The notes beneath the pieces were generated by a model. That model had not been told where the DNA came from. It did not search any database and worked only from the letters and a program-made list of their open reading frames with translations. A DNA stretch of 64,000 nucleotides, taken from assembly GCA_964016885.1 (NCBI GenBank), contig OZ024757.1:3286001-3350000 (forward strand). The letters run 5' to 3'. Of the stretch, positions 26,760 through 41,299 are shown one piece after another; positions within the stretch are counted from its first letter, which is position 1, and each line of letters opens with the position of its first letter. The position numbers and the translations under genes are program-made. Source of the DNA: Eledone cirrhosa. Lineage: Eukaryota.

Positions 26760-29700
26760 GTGATCTCTCAATTCAGAGATTCCTTCCAGAGACATTCTAA
26801 CCACATGTCTATAGTATCAGAGCTGTGATCTCTCCATTCAGAGATTCTTTCCTGAGACTTTCTAACCACATGTCTATAGTATCAGAGCTGTGATCTCTCA
26901 ATTCAGAGATTCTTTCCTGAGACATTCTAACCAGATGTCTGTAGTATCAGAGCTATGATCTCTCAATTCAGAGATTCTTTCCTGAGACATTCTACCCACA
27001 TATCTGTAGTATCAGCGCAGTGATCTCTCAATTCAGAGATTCTTTTCTCAGACATTCTAACCACATTTCTATAGTATCAGAGCTGTAATCTCTCAATTCA
27101 GAGATTCTTTCCTGAGATATTCTAACCACATGTCTGTAGTATCAGAGCTGTGATCTCTCAATTTAGAAATTCTTTCCTGAGACATTCTAACCACATGTCT
27201 TCAGTATTAGAGCTGTGATCTCTCAATCCAGTGATTCTTTCCTGAGACATTCTAACCACATGTCTGTAGTATCAGAGCTGTGATCTTTCAATTCAGAGAT
27301 TCTTTCCTGAGACATTCTAACTACATGTCTGTAGTATCAGAGCTGTAATCTCTCAATTCAGAGATTCTTTCCAGAGACATTCTAACCACATGACCATAGT
27401 ATCAGAGCTGTGATCTCTCAATTCAGAGCTTCTTTCCTGAGACAATCTAACTACATGTCTGTAGTATCAGAGCTGTAATCTCTCAATTCTGAGATTCTTT
27501 CCGGAGACATTCTAACCACATGACTAGGTATCAGAGCTGTGATCTCTCAATTCAGAGATTCCTTCCACAGACATTCTAACCACATGTCTATAGTATCAGA
27601 GCTGTGATCTCTCCATTCAGAGATTCTTTCCTGAGACATTCTAACCACATGTCTATAGTATCAGAGCTGTGATCTCTCAATTCAGAGATTCTTTTCTCAG
27701 ACATTCTAACCCCATATCTATAGTATCAGAGCTGTGATCTCTCAATTCAAAGATTCTTTCCAGAGATATTCTTACCACATTTCTGTAGTATCAGAGCTGT
27801 GATCTCTCAATTCAGAGATTCTTTCCTGAGACATTCTAACCACATGTCTGTAGTATCAGAGCTGTGATCTGTCAATTTAGAGATTCTTTCCTGAGACATT
27901 CTAACCACGTGTCTGTAGTATCAGAGCTCTGATCTCTCAATTCACAGATTATTTCCTTAGACATTCTAACCACATGTCTGTAGTATCAAAGCTGTGATCT
28001 ATCAATTCAGAGATTGTTTCCTGAGACATTCTAACCACATGTCTGTAGTATCAGAGCTGTGATCTCTAAATCCAGAGATTCTTTCCTGAGAAATTCTAAA
28101 CACATATCTGTAGTATCAGAGCTGTGATATCTAAATTCAGAGATTCTTTCCTGAGACATTCTAAACAAATGTCTATAGTATCAGAGCTGTGCTCTCTCAA
28201 CTCAGCGATTCTTTCTTGTGACATTCTAACCACATGTCTATCGTGTCAGAGCTGTGATCTCTCAATTCAGACATTCTTTCCTGAGACATTCTAACCACCA
28301 ATCTGTAGTATCAGCGTTGTGATCTCTCAATTCAGAGATTCTTTTCTCAAACATTCTAACCACATGTCTGTAGTATCAGAGCTGTAATTTCTCAATTCAG
28401 AGATTCTTTCCAGAGACATTCTAAGCACATGACCATAGAATCAGAGCTGTGATCTCTCAATCCAGAGATTCTTTCCTGAGACATTCTAAACACATGTCTG
28501 TAGTATCAGAGCTGTGATCTCTCAATCCAGAGATTTTTTCCAGAGACATTCTAACCACATGACTGTGGTAACAGAGCTGTGATCTCTCATTTCAGAGATT
28601 CTTTCCTGAGATATTCTAACCACATAGCTATAGTATCAGGGCTGTGATCTCTCAATTCAGAGATTCTTTCCTGAGACATTCTAACCACATGCCTGTAGTA
28701 TCAGAGGTGTGATCTCTCAATTCAGAGATTCTTTCCTGAGACATTCTAACTACATGTCTGTAGTATCAGAGCTGTAATCTCTCAATTCAGAGATTCTTTC
28801 CAGAGACATTCTAACCACATGACCATAGTATCAGAGCTGTGATCTCTCAATTCAGAGATTCCTTCCAGAGACATTCTAACCCCATGTCTTTAGTATCAGA
28901 GCTGTGATCTCTCCATTCAGAGATTCTTTCCTGAGACATTCTAACCACATTTCTATAGTATCAGAGCTGTGATTTTTCAATTCAGAGATTCTTTCCTGAG
29001 ACATTCTAACCACATGTCTATACTATCAGAGCTGTGATCTCACAATTCAGAGATTCTCTCCTGAGACATTCTAACCACATGTCTATAGTATCAGAGCTGT
29101 GATCTCTCCATTCAGAGATTCTTTCCTGAGACATTCTAACCACATAGCTGTAGTATCAAAGCTGTGATCACTCAATTCAGAGATTCTTTCCTCAGACATT
29201 CTAACCACATGTCTATAGTATCAGAGCCTTGATCTTTCAATTCAGAGTTTCTCTTCAGAGACATTCTAACCACATGTCTGTCGTATCAGCGCTGTGATAT
29301 CCGAATTCAGAGATTCTTTCCTAGGACATTCTAAGCAGATGCCTGTAATATCAGAGGTGTGATCTCTCAATCCAGAAATTCTTTCCAGAGACATTCTAAC
29401 CACATGACTGTGGTATCAGAGCTGTGATCTCTCATTTCAGAGATTCTTTCCCAAGATATTCTAACCACATATCTATAGTATCAGGGCTGTGATCTTTTAA
29501 TTCAGAGATTCTTTCCTGAGACATTCTAAACAGATGTCTGAAGTATCTGAGCTGTGATCTCTCAATTCAGAGATTCTTTCCTGAGACATTCTACCCACAT
29601 ATCTGTAGTATCAGCGCAGTGATATCTCAATTCAGAGATTCTTTTCTCAGACATTCTAACCACATGTCTATAGTATCAGAGCTGTGATCTCTCAATTCAC

Positions 29701-32700
29701 AGATTGTTTCCTGAGACATTCTAAACACATGTCTGTAGTATCAGAGCTGTGATCTCTCAATCCAGAGATTCTTTCCTGAGAAATTCTAAACACATATCTG
29801 TAGTATCAGAGCTGTGATCTCTAAATTCAGAGATTCTTTCCTGAGACATTCTAAACAAATGTCTATAGAATCAGAGCTGTGCTCTCTCAAATCAGCGATT
29901 CTTTCTTGTGACATTCTAACCACATGTCTATCGTGTCAGAGCTGTGATCTCTCAATTCAGACATTCTTTCCTGAGACATTCTAACCACCAATCTGTAGTA
30001 TCAGCGTTGTGATCTCTCAATTCAGAGATTCTTTTCTCAAACATTCTAACCACATGTCTGTAGTATCAGAGCTGTAATTTCTCAATTCAGAGATTCTTTC
30101 CAGAGACATTCTAAGCACATGACCATAGAATCAGAGCTGTGATCTCTCAATCCAGAGATTCTTTCCTGAGACATTCTAAACACATGTCTGTAGTATCAGA
30201 GCTGTGATCTCTCAATCCAGAGATTCTTTCCAGAGACATTCTAACCACATGACTGTGGTATCAGAGCTGTGATCTCTCATTTCAGAGATTCTTTCCTGAG
30301 ATATTCTAACCACACAGCAATAGTATCAGGGCTGTGATCTCTCAATTCAGAGATTCTTTCCTGAGACATTCTAACTACATGTCTGTAGTATCAGAGCTGT
30401 GATCTCTCAATTCAGAGATTCCTTCCAGAGACATTCTAACCACATGTCTATAGTATCAGAGCTGTGATCTCTCCATTCAGAGATTCTTTCCTGAGACATT
30501 CTAACCACATGTCTATAGTATCAGAGCTGTGATCTTTCAATTCAGAGATTCTTTCCTGAGACATTCTAACCACATGTCTATAGTATCAGAGCTGTGATCT
30601 CTCAATTCAGAGATTCTTTCCTGAGACATTCTAACCACATGTCTATAGTATCAGAGCTGTGATCTCTCCATTCAGAGATTCTTTCCTGAGACATTCTAAC
30701 CACATATCTGTAGTATCAAAGCTGTGATCACTCAATTCAGAGATTCTTTCCTCAGACATTCTAACCACATGTCTATAGTATCAGAGCCTTGATCTTTCAA
30801 TTCAGAGTTTCTCTTCAGAGACATTCTAACCACATGTCTATAGTATCAGAGCTGTGATCTCTCAATTCAGAGATTCCTTCCAGAGACATTCTAACCACAT
30901 GTCTATAGTATCAGAGCTGTGATCTCTCCATTCAGAGATTCTTTCCTGAGACTTTCTAACCACATGTCTATAGTATCAGAGCTGTGATCTCTCAATTCAG
31001 AGATTCTTTCCTGAGACATTCTAACCAGATGTCTGTAGTATCAGAGCTATGATCTCTCAATTCAGAGATTCTTTCCTGAGACATTCTACCCACATATCTG
31101 TAGTATCAGCGCAGTGATCTCTCAATTCAGAGATTCTTTTCTCAGACATTCTAACCACATTTCTATAGTATCAGAGCTGTAATCTCTCAATTCAGAGATT
31201 CTTTCCTGAGATATTCTAACCACATGTCTGTAGTATCAGAGCTGTGATCTCTCAATTTAGAAATTCTTTCCTGAGACATTCTAACCACATGTCTTCAGTA
31301 TTAGAGCTGTGATCTCTCAATCCAGTGATTCTTTCCTGAGACATTCTAACCACATGTCTGTAGTATCAGAGCTGTGATCTTTCAATTCAGAGATTCTTTC
31401 CTGAGACATTCTAACTACATGTCTGTAGTATCAGAGCTGTAATCTCTCAATTCAGAGATTCTTTCCAGAGACATTCTAACCACATGACCATAGTATCAGA
31501 GCTGTGATCTCTCAATTCAGAGCTTCTTTCCTGAGACAATCTAACTACATGTCTGTAGTATCAGAGCTGTAATCTCTCAATTCTGAGATTCTTTCCGGAG
31601 ACATTCTAACCACATGACTAGGTATCAGAGCTGTGATCTCTCAATTCAGAGATTCCTTCCACAGACATTCTAACCACATGTCTATAGTATCAGAGCTGTG
31701 ATCTCTCCATTCAGAGATTCTTTCCTGAGACATTCTAACCACATGTCTATAGTATCAGAGCTGTGATCTCTCAATTCAGAGATTCTTTTCTCAGACATTC
31801 TAACCCCATATCTATAGTATCAGAGCTGTGATCTCTCAATTCAAAGATTCTTTCCAGAGATATTCTTACCACATTTCTGTAGTATCAGAGCTGTGATCTC
31901 TCAATTCAGAGATTCTTTCCTGAGACATTCTAACCACATGTCTGTAGTATCAGAGCTGTGATCTGTCAATTTAGAGATTCTTTCCTGAGACATTCTAACC
32001 ACGTGTCTGTAGTATCAGAGCTCTGATCTCTCAATTCACAGATTATTTCCTTAGACATTCTAACCACATGTCTGTAGTATCAAAGCTGTGATCTATCAAT
32101 TCAGAGATTGTTTCCTGAGACATTCTAACCACATGTCTGTAGTATCAGAGCTGTGATCTCTAAATCCAGAGATTCTTTCCTGAGAAATTCTAAACACATA
32201 TCTGTAGTATCAGAGCTGTGATATCTAAATTCAGAGATTCTTTCCTGAGACATTCTAAACAAATGTCTATAGTATCAGAGCTGTGCTCTCTCAACTCAGC
32301 GATTCTTTCTTGTGACATTCTAACCACATGTCTATCGTGTCAGAGCTGTGATCTCTCAATTCAGACATTCTTTCCTGAGACATTCTAACCACCAATCTGT
32401 AGTATCAGCGTTGTGATCTCTCAATTCAGAGATTCTTTTCTCAAACATTCTAACCACATGTCTGTAGTATCAGAGCTGTAATTTCTCAATTCAGAGATTC
32501 TTTCCAGAGACATTCTAAGCACATGACCATAGAATCAGAGCTGTGATCTCTCAATCCAGAGATTCTTTCCTGAGACATTCTAAACACATGTCTGTAGTAT
32601 CAGAGCTGTGATCTCTCAATCCAGAGATTTTTTCCAGAGACATTCTAACCACATGACTGTGGTAACAGAGCTGTGATCTCTCATTTCAGAGATTCTTTCC

Positions 32701-34930
32701 TGAGATATTCTAACCACATAGCTATAGTATCAGGGCTGTGATCTCTCAATTCAGAGATTCTTTCCTGAGACATTCTAACCACATGCCTGTAGTATCAGAG
32801 GTGTGATCTCTCAATTCAGAGATTCTTTCCTGAGACATTCTAACTACATGTCTGTAGTATCAGAGCTGTAATCTCTCAATTCAGAGATTCTTTCCAGAGA
32901 CATTCTAACCACATGACCATAGTATCAGAGCTGTGATCTCTCAATTCAGAGATTCCTTCCAGAGACATTCTAACCCCATGTCTTTAGTATCAGAGCTGTG
33001 ATCTCTCCATTCAGAGATTCTTTCCTGAGACATTCTAACCACATGTCTATAGTATCAGAGCTGTGATTTTTCAATTCAGAGATTCTTTCCTGAGACATTC
33101 TAACCACATGTCTATACTATCAGAGCTGTGATCTCACAATTCAGAGATTCTCTCCTGAGACATTCTAACCACATGTCTATAGTATCAGAGCTGTGATCTC
33201 TCCATTCAGAGATTCTTTCCTGAGACATTCTAACCACATAGCTGTAGTATCAAAGCTGTGATCACTCAATTCAGAGATTCTTTCCTCAGACATTCTAACC
33301 ACATGTCTATAGTATCAGAGCCTTGATCTTTCAATTCAGAGTTTCTCTTCAGAGACATTCTAACCACATGTCTGTCGTATCAGCGCTGTGATATCCGAAT
33401 TCAGAGATTCTTTCCTAGGACATTCTAAGCAGATGCCTGTAATATCAGAGGTGTGATCTCTCAATCCAGAAATTCTTTCCAGAGACATTCTAACCACATG
33501 ACTGTGGTATCAGAGCTGTGATCTCTCATTTCAGAGATTCTTTCCCAAGATATTCTAACCACATATCTATAGTATCAGGGCTGTGATCTTTTAATTCAGA
33601 GATTCTTTCCTGAGACATTCTAAACAGATGTCTGAAGTATCTGAGCTGTGATCTCTCAATTCAGAGATTCTTTCCTGAGACATTCTACCCACATATCTGT
33701 AGTATCAGCGCAGTGATATCTCAATTCAGAGATTCTTTTCTCAGACATTCTAACCACATGTCTATAGTATCAGAGCTGTGATCTCTCAATTCACAGATTG
33801 TTTCCTGAGACATTCTAAACACATGTCTGTAGTATCAGAGCTGTGATCTCTCAATCCAGAGATTCTTTCCTGAGAAATTCTAAACACATATCTGTAGTAT
33901 CAGAGCTGTGATCTCTAAATTCAGAGATTCTTTCCTGAGACATTCTAAACAAATGTCTATAGAATCAGAGCTGTGCTCTCTCAAATCAGCGATTCTTTCT
34001 TGTGACATTCTAACCACATGTCTATCGTGTCAGAGCTGTGATCTCTCAATTCAGACATTCTTTCCTGAGACATTCTAACCACCAATCTGTAGTATCAGCG
34101 TTGTGATCTCTCAATTCAGAGATTCTTTTCTCAAACATTCTAACCACATGTCTGTAGTATCAGAGCTGTAATTTCTCAATTCAGAGATTCTTTCCAGAGA
34201 CATTCTAAGCACATGACCATAGAATCAGAGCTGTGATCTCTCAATCCAGAGATTCTTTCCTGAGACATTCTAAACACATGTCTGTAGTATCAGAGCTGTG
34301 ATCTCTCAATCCAGAGATTCTTTCCAGAGACATTCTAACCACATGACTGTGGTATCAGAGCTGTGATCTCTCATTTCAGAGATTCTTTCCTGAGATATTC
34401 TAACCACACAGCAATAGTATCAGGGCTGTGATCTCTCAATTCAGAGATTCTTTCCTGAGACATTCTAACTACATGTCTGTAGTATCAGAGCTGTGATCTC
34501 TCAATTCAGAGATTCCTTCCAGAGACATTCTAACCACATGTCTATAGTATCAGAGCTGTGATCTCTCCATTCAGAGATTCTTTCCTGAGACATTCTAACC
34601 ACATGTCTATAGTATCAGAGCTGTGATCTTTCAATTCAGAGATTCTTTCCTGAGACATTCTAACCACATGTCTATAGTATCAGAGCTGTGATCTCTCAAT
34701 TCAGAGATTCTTTCCTGAGACATTCTAACCACATGTCTATAGTATCAGAGCTGTGATCTCTCCATTCAGAGATTCTTTCCTGAGACATTCTAACCACATA
34801 TCTGTAGTATCAAAGCTGTGATCACTCAATTCAGAGATTCTTTCCTCAGACATTCTAACCACATGTCTATAGTATCAGAGCCTTGATCTTTCAATTCAGA
34901 GTTTCTCTTCAGAGACATTCTAACCACATG
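26760..34930. repeat. Near-identical tandem duplication of a 63-monomer (4094 bp) block with an internal 26-mer offset repeat
   Basis: gacaatctaa at 27441/31535, ccttccacag at 27561/31655 and cacacagcaa at 30311/34405 are all offset by 4094 = 63x65-1. Internally, aaattctaaacacata at 28091/29781 is offset by 1690 = 26x65. Confidence 0.92.
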
Positions 34931-37900
34931 TCTGTCGTATCAGCGCTGTGATATCCGAATTCAGAGATTCTTTCCTAGGACTTTCTAAGCAGATGCCTGT
35001 AATATCAGAGCTGTGATCTCTCAATCCAGAAATTCTTTCCAGAGACATTCTAACCACATGACTGTGGTATCAGAGCTGTGATCTCTCATTTCAGAGATTC
35101 TTTCCCAAGATATTCTAACCACATATCTATAGTATCAGGGCTGTGATCTCTTATTTCAGAGATTCTTTCCTGAGACATTCTAAACAGATGTCTGAAGTAT
35201 CTGAGCTGTGATCTCTCAATTCAGAGATTCTTTCCTGAGACATTCTACCCACATATCTGTAGTATCAGCGCAGTGATATCTCAATTCAGAGATTCTTTTC
35301 TCAGACATTCTAACCACGTTTCTATAGTATTAGAGCTGTGATCTCACAATTCAAAGATTCTTTCCTGAGACATTCTAACTACATGTCTGTAGTATCAGAA
35401 CTGTAATCTCTCAATTCAGAGATTCTTTCCAGAGACATTCTAATCACATGACCATAGTATCAGAGCTTTGATCTCTCAACTCAGAGATTCCTTCCAGAGA
35501 CATTCTAACCACATGTCTATAGTATCAGAGCTGTGATCTCTCCATTCAGAGATTCTTTCCTGAGACATTCTAACCACATGTCTATAGTATCAGAGCTGTG
35601 CTCTCTCAACTCAGAGATTCTTTCCTGTGACATTCTAACCACATGTCTATCGTGTCAGAGCTGTGATCTCTCAATTCAGACATTCTTTCCTGAGACATTC
35701 TAACCACATATCTGTAGTATCAAAGCTGTGATGACTCAATTCAGAGATTCTTTCCTGAGACATTCTAACCACATGTCTGTAGTATCAGAGCCTTGATCTC
35801 TCAATTCAGAGTTTCTTTTCAGACACGTTCTAACCACATGTCTGTAGTATCAGCGCTGTGATATCCCAATTCAGAGATTCTTTCCTCAGACATTCTAACC
35901 AGATGCCTGTAGTATCAGAGCTGTGATCTCTCAATTCAGAGATTCTTTCCTGAGACATTCTAACCACATGACTGTGGTATCAGATCTGTGATCTCTCATT
36001 TCAGAGATTCTTTCCTGAGACATTATAACCCCATGTCTGTACTATCAGAGCTGTGATCTCTCAATTCAGAGATTCTTTCCTGCGACATTCTAACCACATG
36101 TGTGTAGTATCAGAGGTGTGATCGCTCAATTCAAAGATTCTTTCCTGAGACATTCTAACTACATGTCTGTAGTATCAGAGCTGTAATCTCTCAATTCAGA
36201 GATACTTTTCAGAGACATTCTAACCACATGACCATAGTATCAGAGCTGTGATCTCTCAATTCAGAGATTCTTTCCAGAGACATTCTAACCACATGTCTAT
36301 AGTATCAGAGCTGTGATCTCTCCAATCAGAGATTATTTCCTGAGACATTCTAACCACATGTCTGTAGTATCAGATCTGTGATCTCTCAATTCAGAGATTC
36401 TTTCCTGAGACAGTCTAACCACATGTCTATAGTATCAGAGCTGTGATCTCTCAATTCAGAGATTCTTTCCTGAGACATTCTAACCACATATCTGTAGTAT
36501 CAGAGGTGTGATCACTCAATTCAGAGATTCTTTTCTCAGACATTCTAACCACATGTCTATAGTATCAGAGCTGTGATCTCTCAATTCAGAGATTCTTTTC
36601 AGAGACATTCTAACAACATGTCTGTAGTATCAAAGCTGTGATATCCCAATTCAGAGATTCTTTCCTGAGACATTCCCGCCACCAATCTGTTTGTATCAGC
36701 GTTGTGATCTCTCAATACAGAGATTCTTTTCTCAGACATTCTAACCACATTTCTATTGTATCAGAGCTGTGATATCTCAATTTAGAGATTCTTTCCTGAG
36801 GCATTCTAACCACATGTCTATAGCATCAGAGCTGTGATCTCTCAATTCAGAGATTCTTTCTTGAGACATTCTAACCACATGTCTGTGGTATCAGAGCTGT
36901 GATCTCTCAATTCAGAGATTCTTTTCTCAGACATTCTAACCACATCTCTATAGTATCAGAGCTGTGATCTCTCAATTCAGAGATTCTTTCCTGAGACATT
37001 CTAACTACATGTCTGTAGTATCAGAGCTGTGATCTCTCCATTCAGAGATTCTTTCCTGAGACATTCTAACCACATGTCTATAGTATCAGAGCTGTGATCT
37101 CTCAATTCAGAGATTCTTTCCTGAGACATTCTAACCACATGTCTATAGTATCAGAGCTGTGATCTCTCAATTCAGAGATTCTTTCCTGAGACATTCTAAC
37201 CACATATCTGTAGTATCAAAGCTGTGATCACTCAATTCAGAGATTCTTTCCTCAGACATTCTAACCACATGTCTATAGTATCAGAGCCTTGATCTTTCAA
37301 TTCAGAGTTTCTCTTCAGAGACATTCTAACCACATGGCTGTCGTATCAGCGCTGTGATATCCGAATTCAGAGATTCTTTCCTAGGACTTTCTAAGCAGAT
37401 GCCTCTAATATAAGAGCTGTGATCTCTCAATCCAGAAATTCTTTCCAGAGACATTCTAACCACATGACTGTGGTATCAGAGCTGTGATCTCTCATTTCAG
37501 AGATTCTTTCCCAAGATATTCTAACCACATATCTATAGTATCAGGGCTGTGATCTCTTAATTCAGAGATTCTTTCCTGAGACATTCTAAACAGATGTCTG
37601 TAGTATCTGAGCTGTGATCTCTCAATACAGAGATTCTTTCCTGAGACATTCTACCCACATATCTGTAGTATCAGCGCAGTGATATCTCAATTCAGAGATT
37701 CTTTTCTCAGACATTCTAACCACATTTCTATAGTATTAGAGCTGTGATCTCACAATTCAAAGATTCTTTCCTGAGACATTCTAACTACATGTCTGTAGTA
37801 TCAGAGCTGTAATCTCTCAATTCAGAGATTCTTTCCAGAGACATTCTAACCACATGACCATAGTATCAGAGCTTTGATCTCTCAACTCAGAGATTCCTTC

Positions 37901-40900
37901 CAGAGACATTCTAACCACATGTCTATAGTATCAGAGCTGTGATCTCTCCATTCAGAGATTCTTTCCTGAGACATTCTAACCACATGTCTATAGTATCAGA
38001 GCTGTGATCTCTCAATTCAGAGATTCTTTCCTGAGACATTCTAACCACATGTCTATAGTATCAGAGCTGTGATCTCTCCATTCAGAGATTCTTTCCTGAG
38101 ACATTCTAACCACATATCTGTAGTATCAAAGCTGTGATCACTCAATTCAGAGATTCTTTCCTCAGACATTCTAACCACATGTCTATAGTATCAGAGCCTT
38201 GATCTTTCAATTCAGAGTTTCTCTTCAGAGACATTCTAACCACATGTCTGTCGTATCGGTGCTGTGATATCCGAATTCAGAGATTCTTTCCTAGGACTTT
38301 CTAAGCAGATGCCTGTAATATCAGAGCTGTGATCTCTCAATCCAGAAATTCTTTCCAGAGACATTCTAACCACATGACTGTGGTATCAGAGCTGTGATCT
38401 CTCATTTCAGAGATTCTTTCCCAAGATATTCTAACCACATATCTATAGTATCAGGGCTGTGATCTCTTAATTCAGAGATTCTTTCCTGAGACATTCTAAA
38501 CAGATGTCTGAAGTATCTGAGCTGTGATCTCTCAATTCAGAGATTCTTTCCTGAGACATTCTACCCACATATCTGTAGTATCAGCGCAGTGATATCTCAA
38601 TTCAGAGATTCTTTTCTCAGCCATTCTAACCACGTTTCTATAGTATTAGAGCTGTGATCTCACAATTCAAAGATTCTTTCCTGAGACATTCTAACTACAT
38701 GTCTGTAGTATTAGAGCTGTAATCTCTCAATTCAGAGATTCTTTCCAGAGACATTCTAATCACATGACCATAGTATCAGAGCTTTGATCTCTCAACTCAG
38801 AGATTCCTTCCAGAGACATTCTAACCACATGTCTATAGTATCAGAGCTGTGATCTCTCCATTCAGAGATTCTTTCCTGAGACATTCTAACCACATGTCTA
38901 TAGTATCAGAGCTGTGCTCTCTCAACTCAGAGATTCTTTCCTGTGACATTCTAACCACATGTCTATCGTGTCAGAGCTGTGATCTCTCAATTCAGACATT
39001 CTTTCCTGAGACATTCTAACCACATATCTGTAGTATCAAAGCTGTGATGACTCAATTCAGAGATTCTTTCCTGAGACATTCTAACCACATGTCTGTAGTA
39101 TCAGAGCCTTGATCTCTCAATTCAGAGTTTCTATTCAGAGACGTTCTAACCACATGTCTGTAGTATCAGCGCTGTGATATCCCAATTCAGAGATTCTTTC
39201 CTCAGACATTCTAACCAGATGCCTGTAGTATCAGAGCTGTGATCTCTCAATTCAGAGATTCTTTCCTGAGACATTCTAACCACATGACTGTGGTATCAGA
39301 TCTGTGATCTCTCATTTCAGAGATTCTTTCCTGAGACATTATAACCCCATGTCTGTACTATCAGAGCTGTGATCTCTCAATTCAGAGATTCTTTCCTGCG
39401 ACATTCTAACCACATGTGTGTAGTATCAGGGCTGTGATCTATCAATTCAGAGATTCTTTCCTGAGACATTTAACCACATGTCTGTAGTATCAGAGGTGTG
39501 ATCGCTCAATTCAAAGATTCTTTCCTGAGACATTCTAACTACATGTCTGTAGTATCAGAGCTGTAATCTCTCAATTCAGAGATTCTTTCCAGAGACATTC
39601 TAACCACATGACTGTGGTATCAGAGCTGTGATCTCTCATTTCAGAGATTCTTTTCCAAGATATTCTAACCACATATCTATAGTATCAGGGCTGTGATCTC
39701 TTATTTCAGAGATTCTTTCCTGAGACATTCTAAACAGATGTCTGAAGTATCTGAGCTGTGATCTCTCAATTCAGAGATTCTTTCCTGAGACATTCTACCC
39801 ACATATCTGTAGTATCAGCGCAGTGATATCTCAATTCAGAGATTCTTTTCTCAGACATTCTAACCACGTTTCTATAGTATTAGAGCTGTGATCTCACAAT
39901 TCAAAGATTCTTTCCTGAGACATTCTAACTACATGTCTGTAGTATCAGAGCTGTAATCTCTCAATTCAGAGATTCTTTCCAGAGACATTCTAACCACATG
40001 ACCATAGTATCAGAGCTTTAATCTCTCAACTCAGAGATTCCTTCCAGAGACATTCTAACCACATGTCTATAGTATCAGAGCTGTGATCTCTCCATTCAGA
40101 GATTCTTTCCTGAGACATTCTAACCACATGTCTATAGTATCAGAGCTGTGCTCTCTCAACTCAGAGATTCTTTCCTGTGACATTCTAACCACATGTCTAT
40201 CGTGTCAGAGCTGTGATCTCTCAATTCAGACATTCTTTCCTGAGACATTCTAACCACATATCTGTAGTATCAAAGCTGTGATGACTCAATTCAGAGATTC
40301 TTTCCTGAGACATTCTAACCACATGTCTGTAGTATCAGAGCCTTGATCTCTCAATTCAGAGTTTCTATTCAGAGACGTTCTAACCACATGTTTGTAGTAT
40401 CAGCGCTGTGATATCCCAATTCAGAGATTCTTTCCTCAGACATTCTAACCAGATGCCTGTAGTATCAGAGCTGTGATCTCTCAATTCAGAGATTCTTTCC
40501 TGAGACATTCTAACCACATGACTGTGGTATCAGATCTGTGATCTCTCATTTCAGAGATTCTTTCCTGAGACATTATAACCCCATGTCTGTACTATCAGAG
40601 CTGTGATCTCTCAATTCAGAGATTCTTTCCTGCGACATTCTAACCACATGTGTGTAGTATCAGGGCTGTGATCTATCAATTCAGAGATTCTTTCCTGAGA
40701 CATTCTAACCACATGTCTGTAGTATCAGAGGTGTGATCGCTCAATTCAAAGATTCTTTCCTGAGACATTCTAACTACATGTCTGTAGTATCAGAGCTGTA
40801 ATCTCTCAATTCAGAGATTCTTTCCAGAGACATTCTAACCACATGACCATAGTATCAGAGCTGTGATCTCTCAATTCAGAGATTCTTTCCTGAGACATTC

Positions 40901-41299
40901 TAACCACATGTCTATAGTATCAGAGCTGTGATCTCTCCAATCAGAGATTATTTCCTGAGACATTCTAACCACATGTCTATAGTATCAGAGCTGTGATCTC
41001 TCAATTCAGAGATTCTTTCCTGAGACATTCTAACCACATATCTGTAGTATCAGAGGTGTGATCACTCAATTCAGAGATTCTTTTCTCAGACATTCTAACC
41101 ACATGTCTATAGTATCAGAGCTGTGATCTCTCAATTCAGAGATTCTTTTCAGAGACATTCTAACAACATGTCTGTAGTATCAAAGCTGTGATATCCCAAT
41201 TCAGAGATTCTTTCCTGAGACATTCCCGCCACCAATCTGTTTGTATCAGCGTTGTGATCTCTCAATTCAGAGATTCTTTTCTCAGACATTCTAACCACA

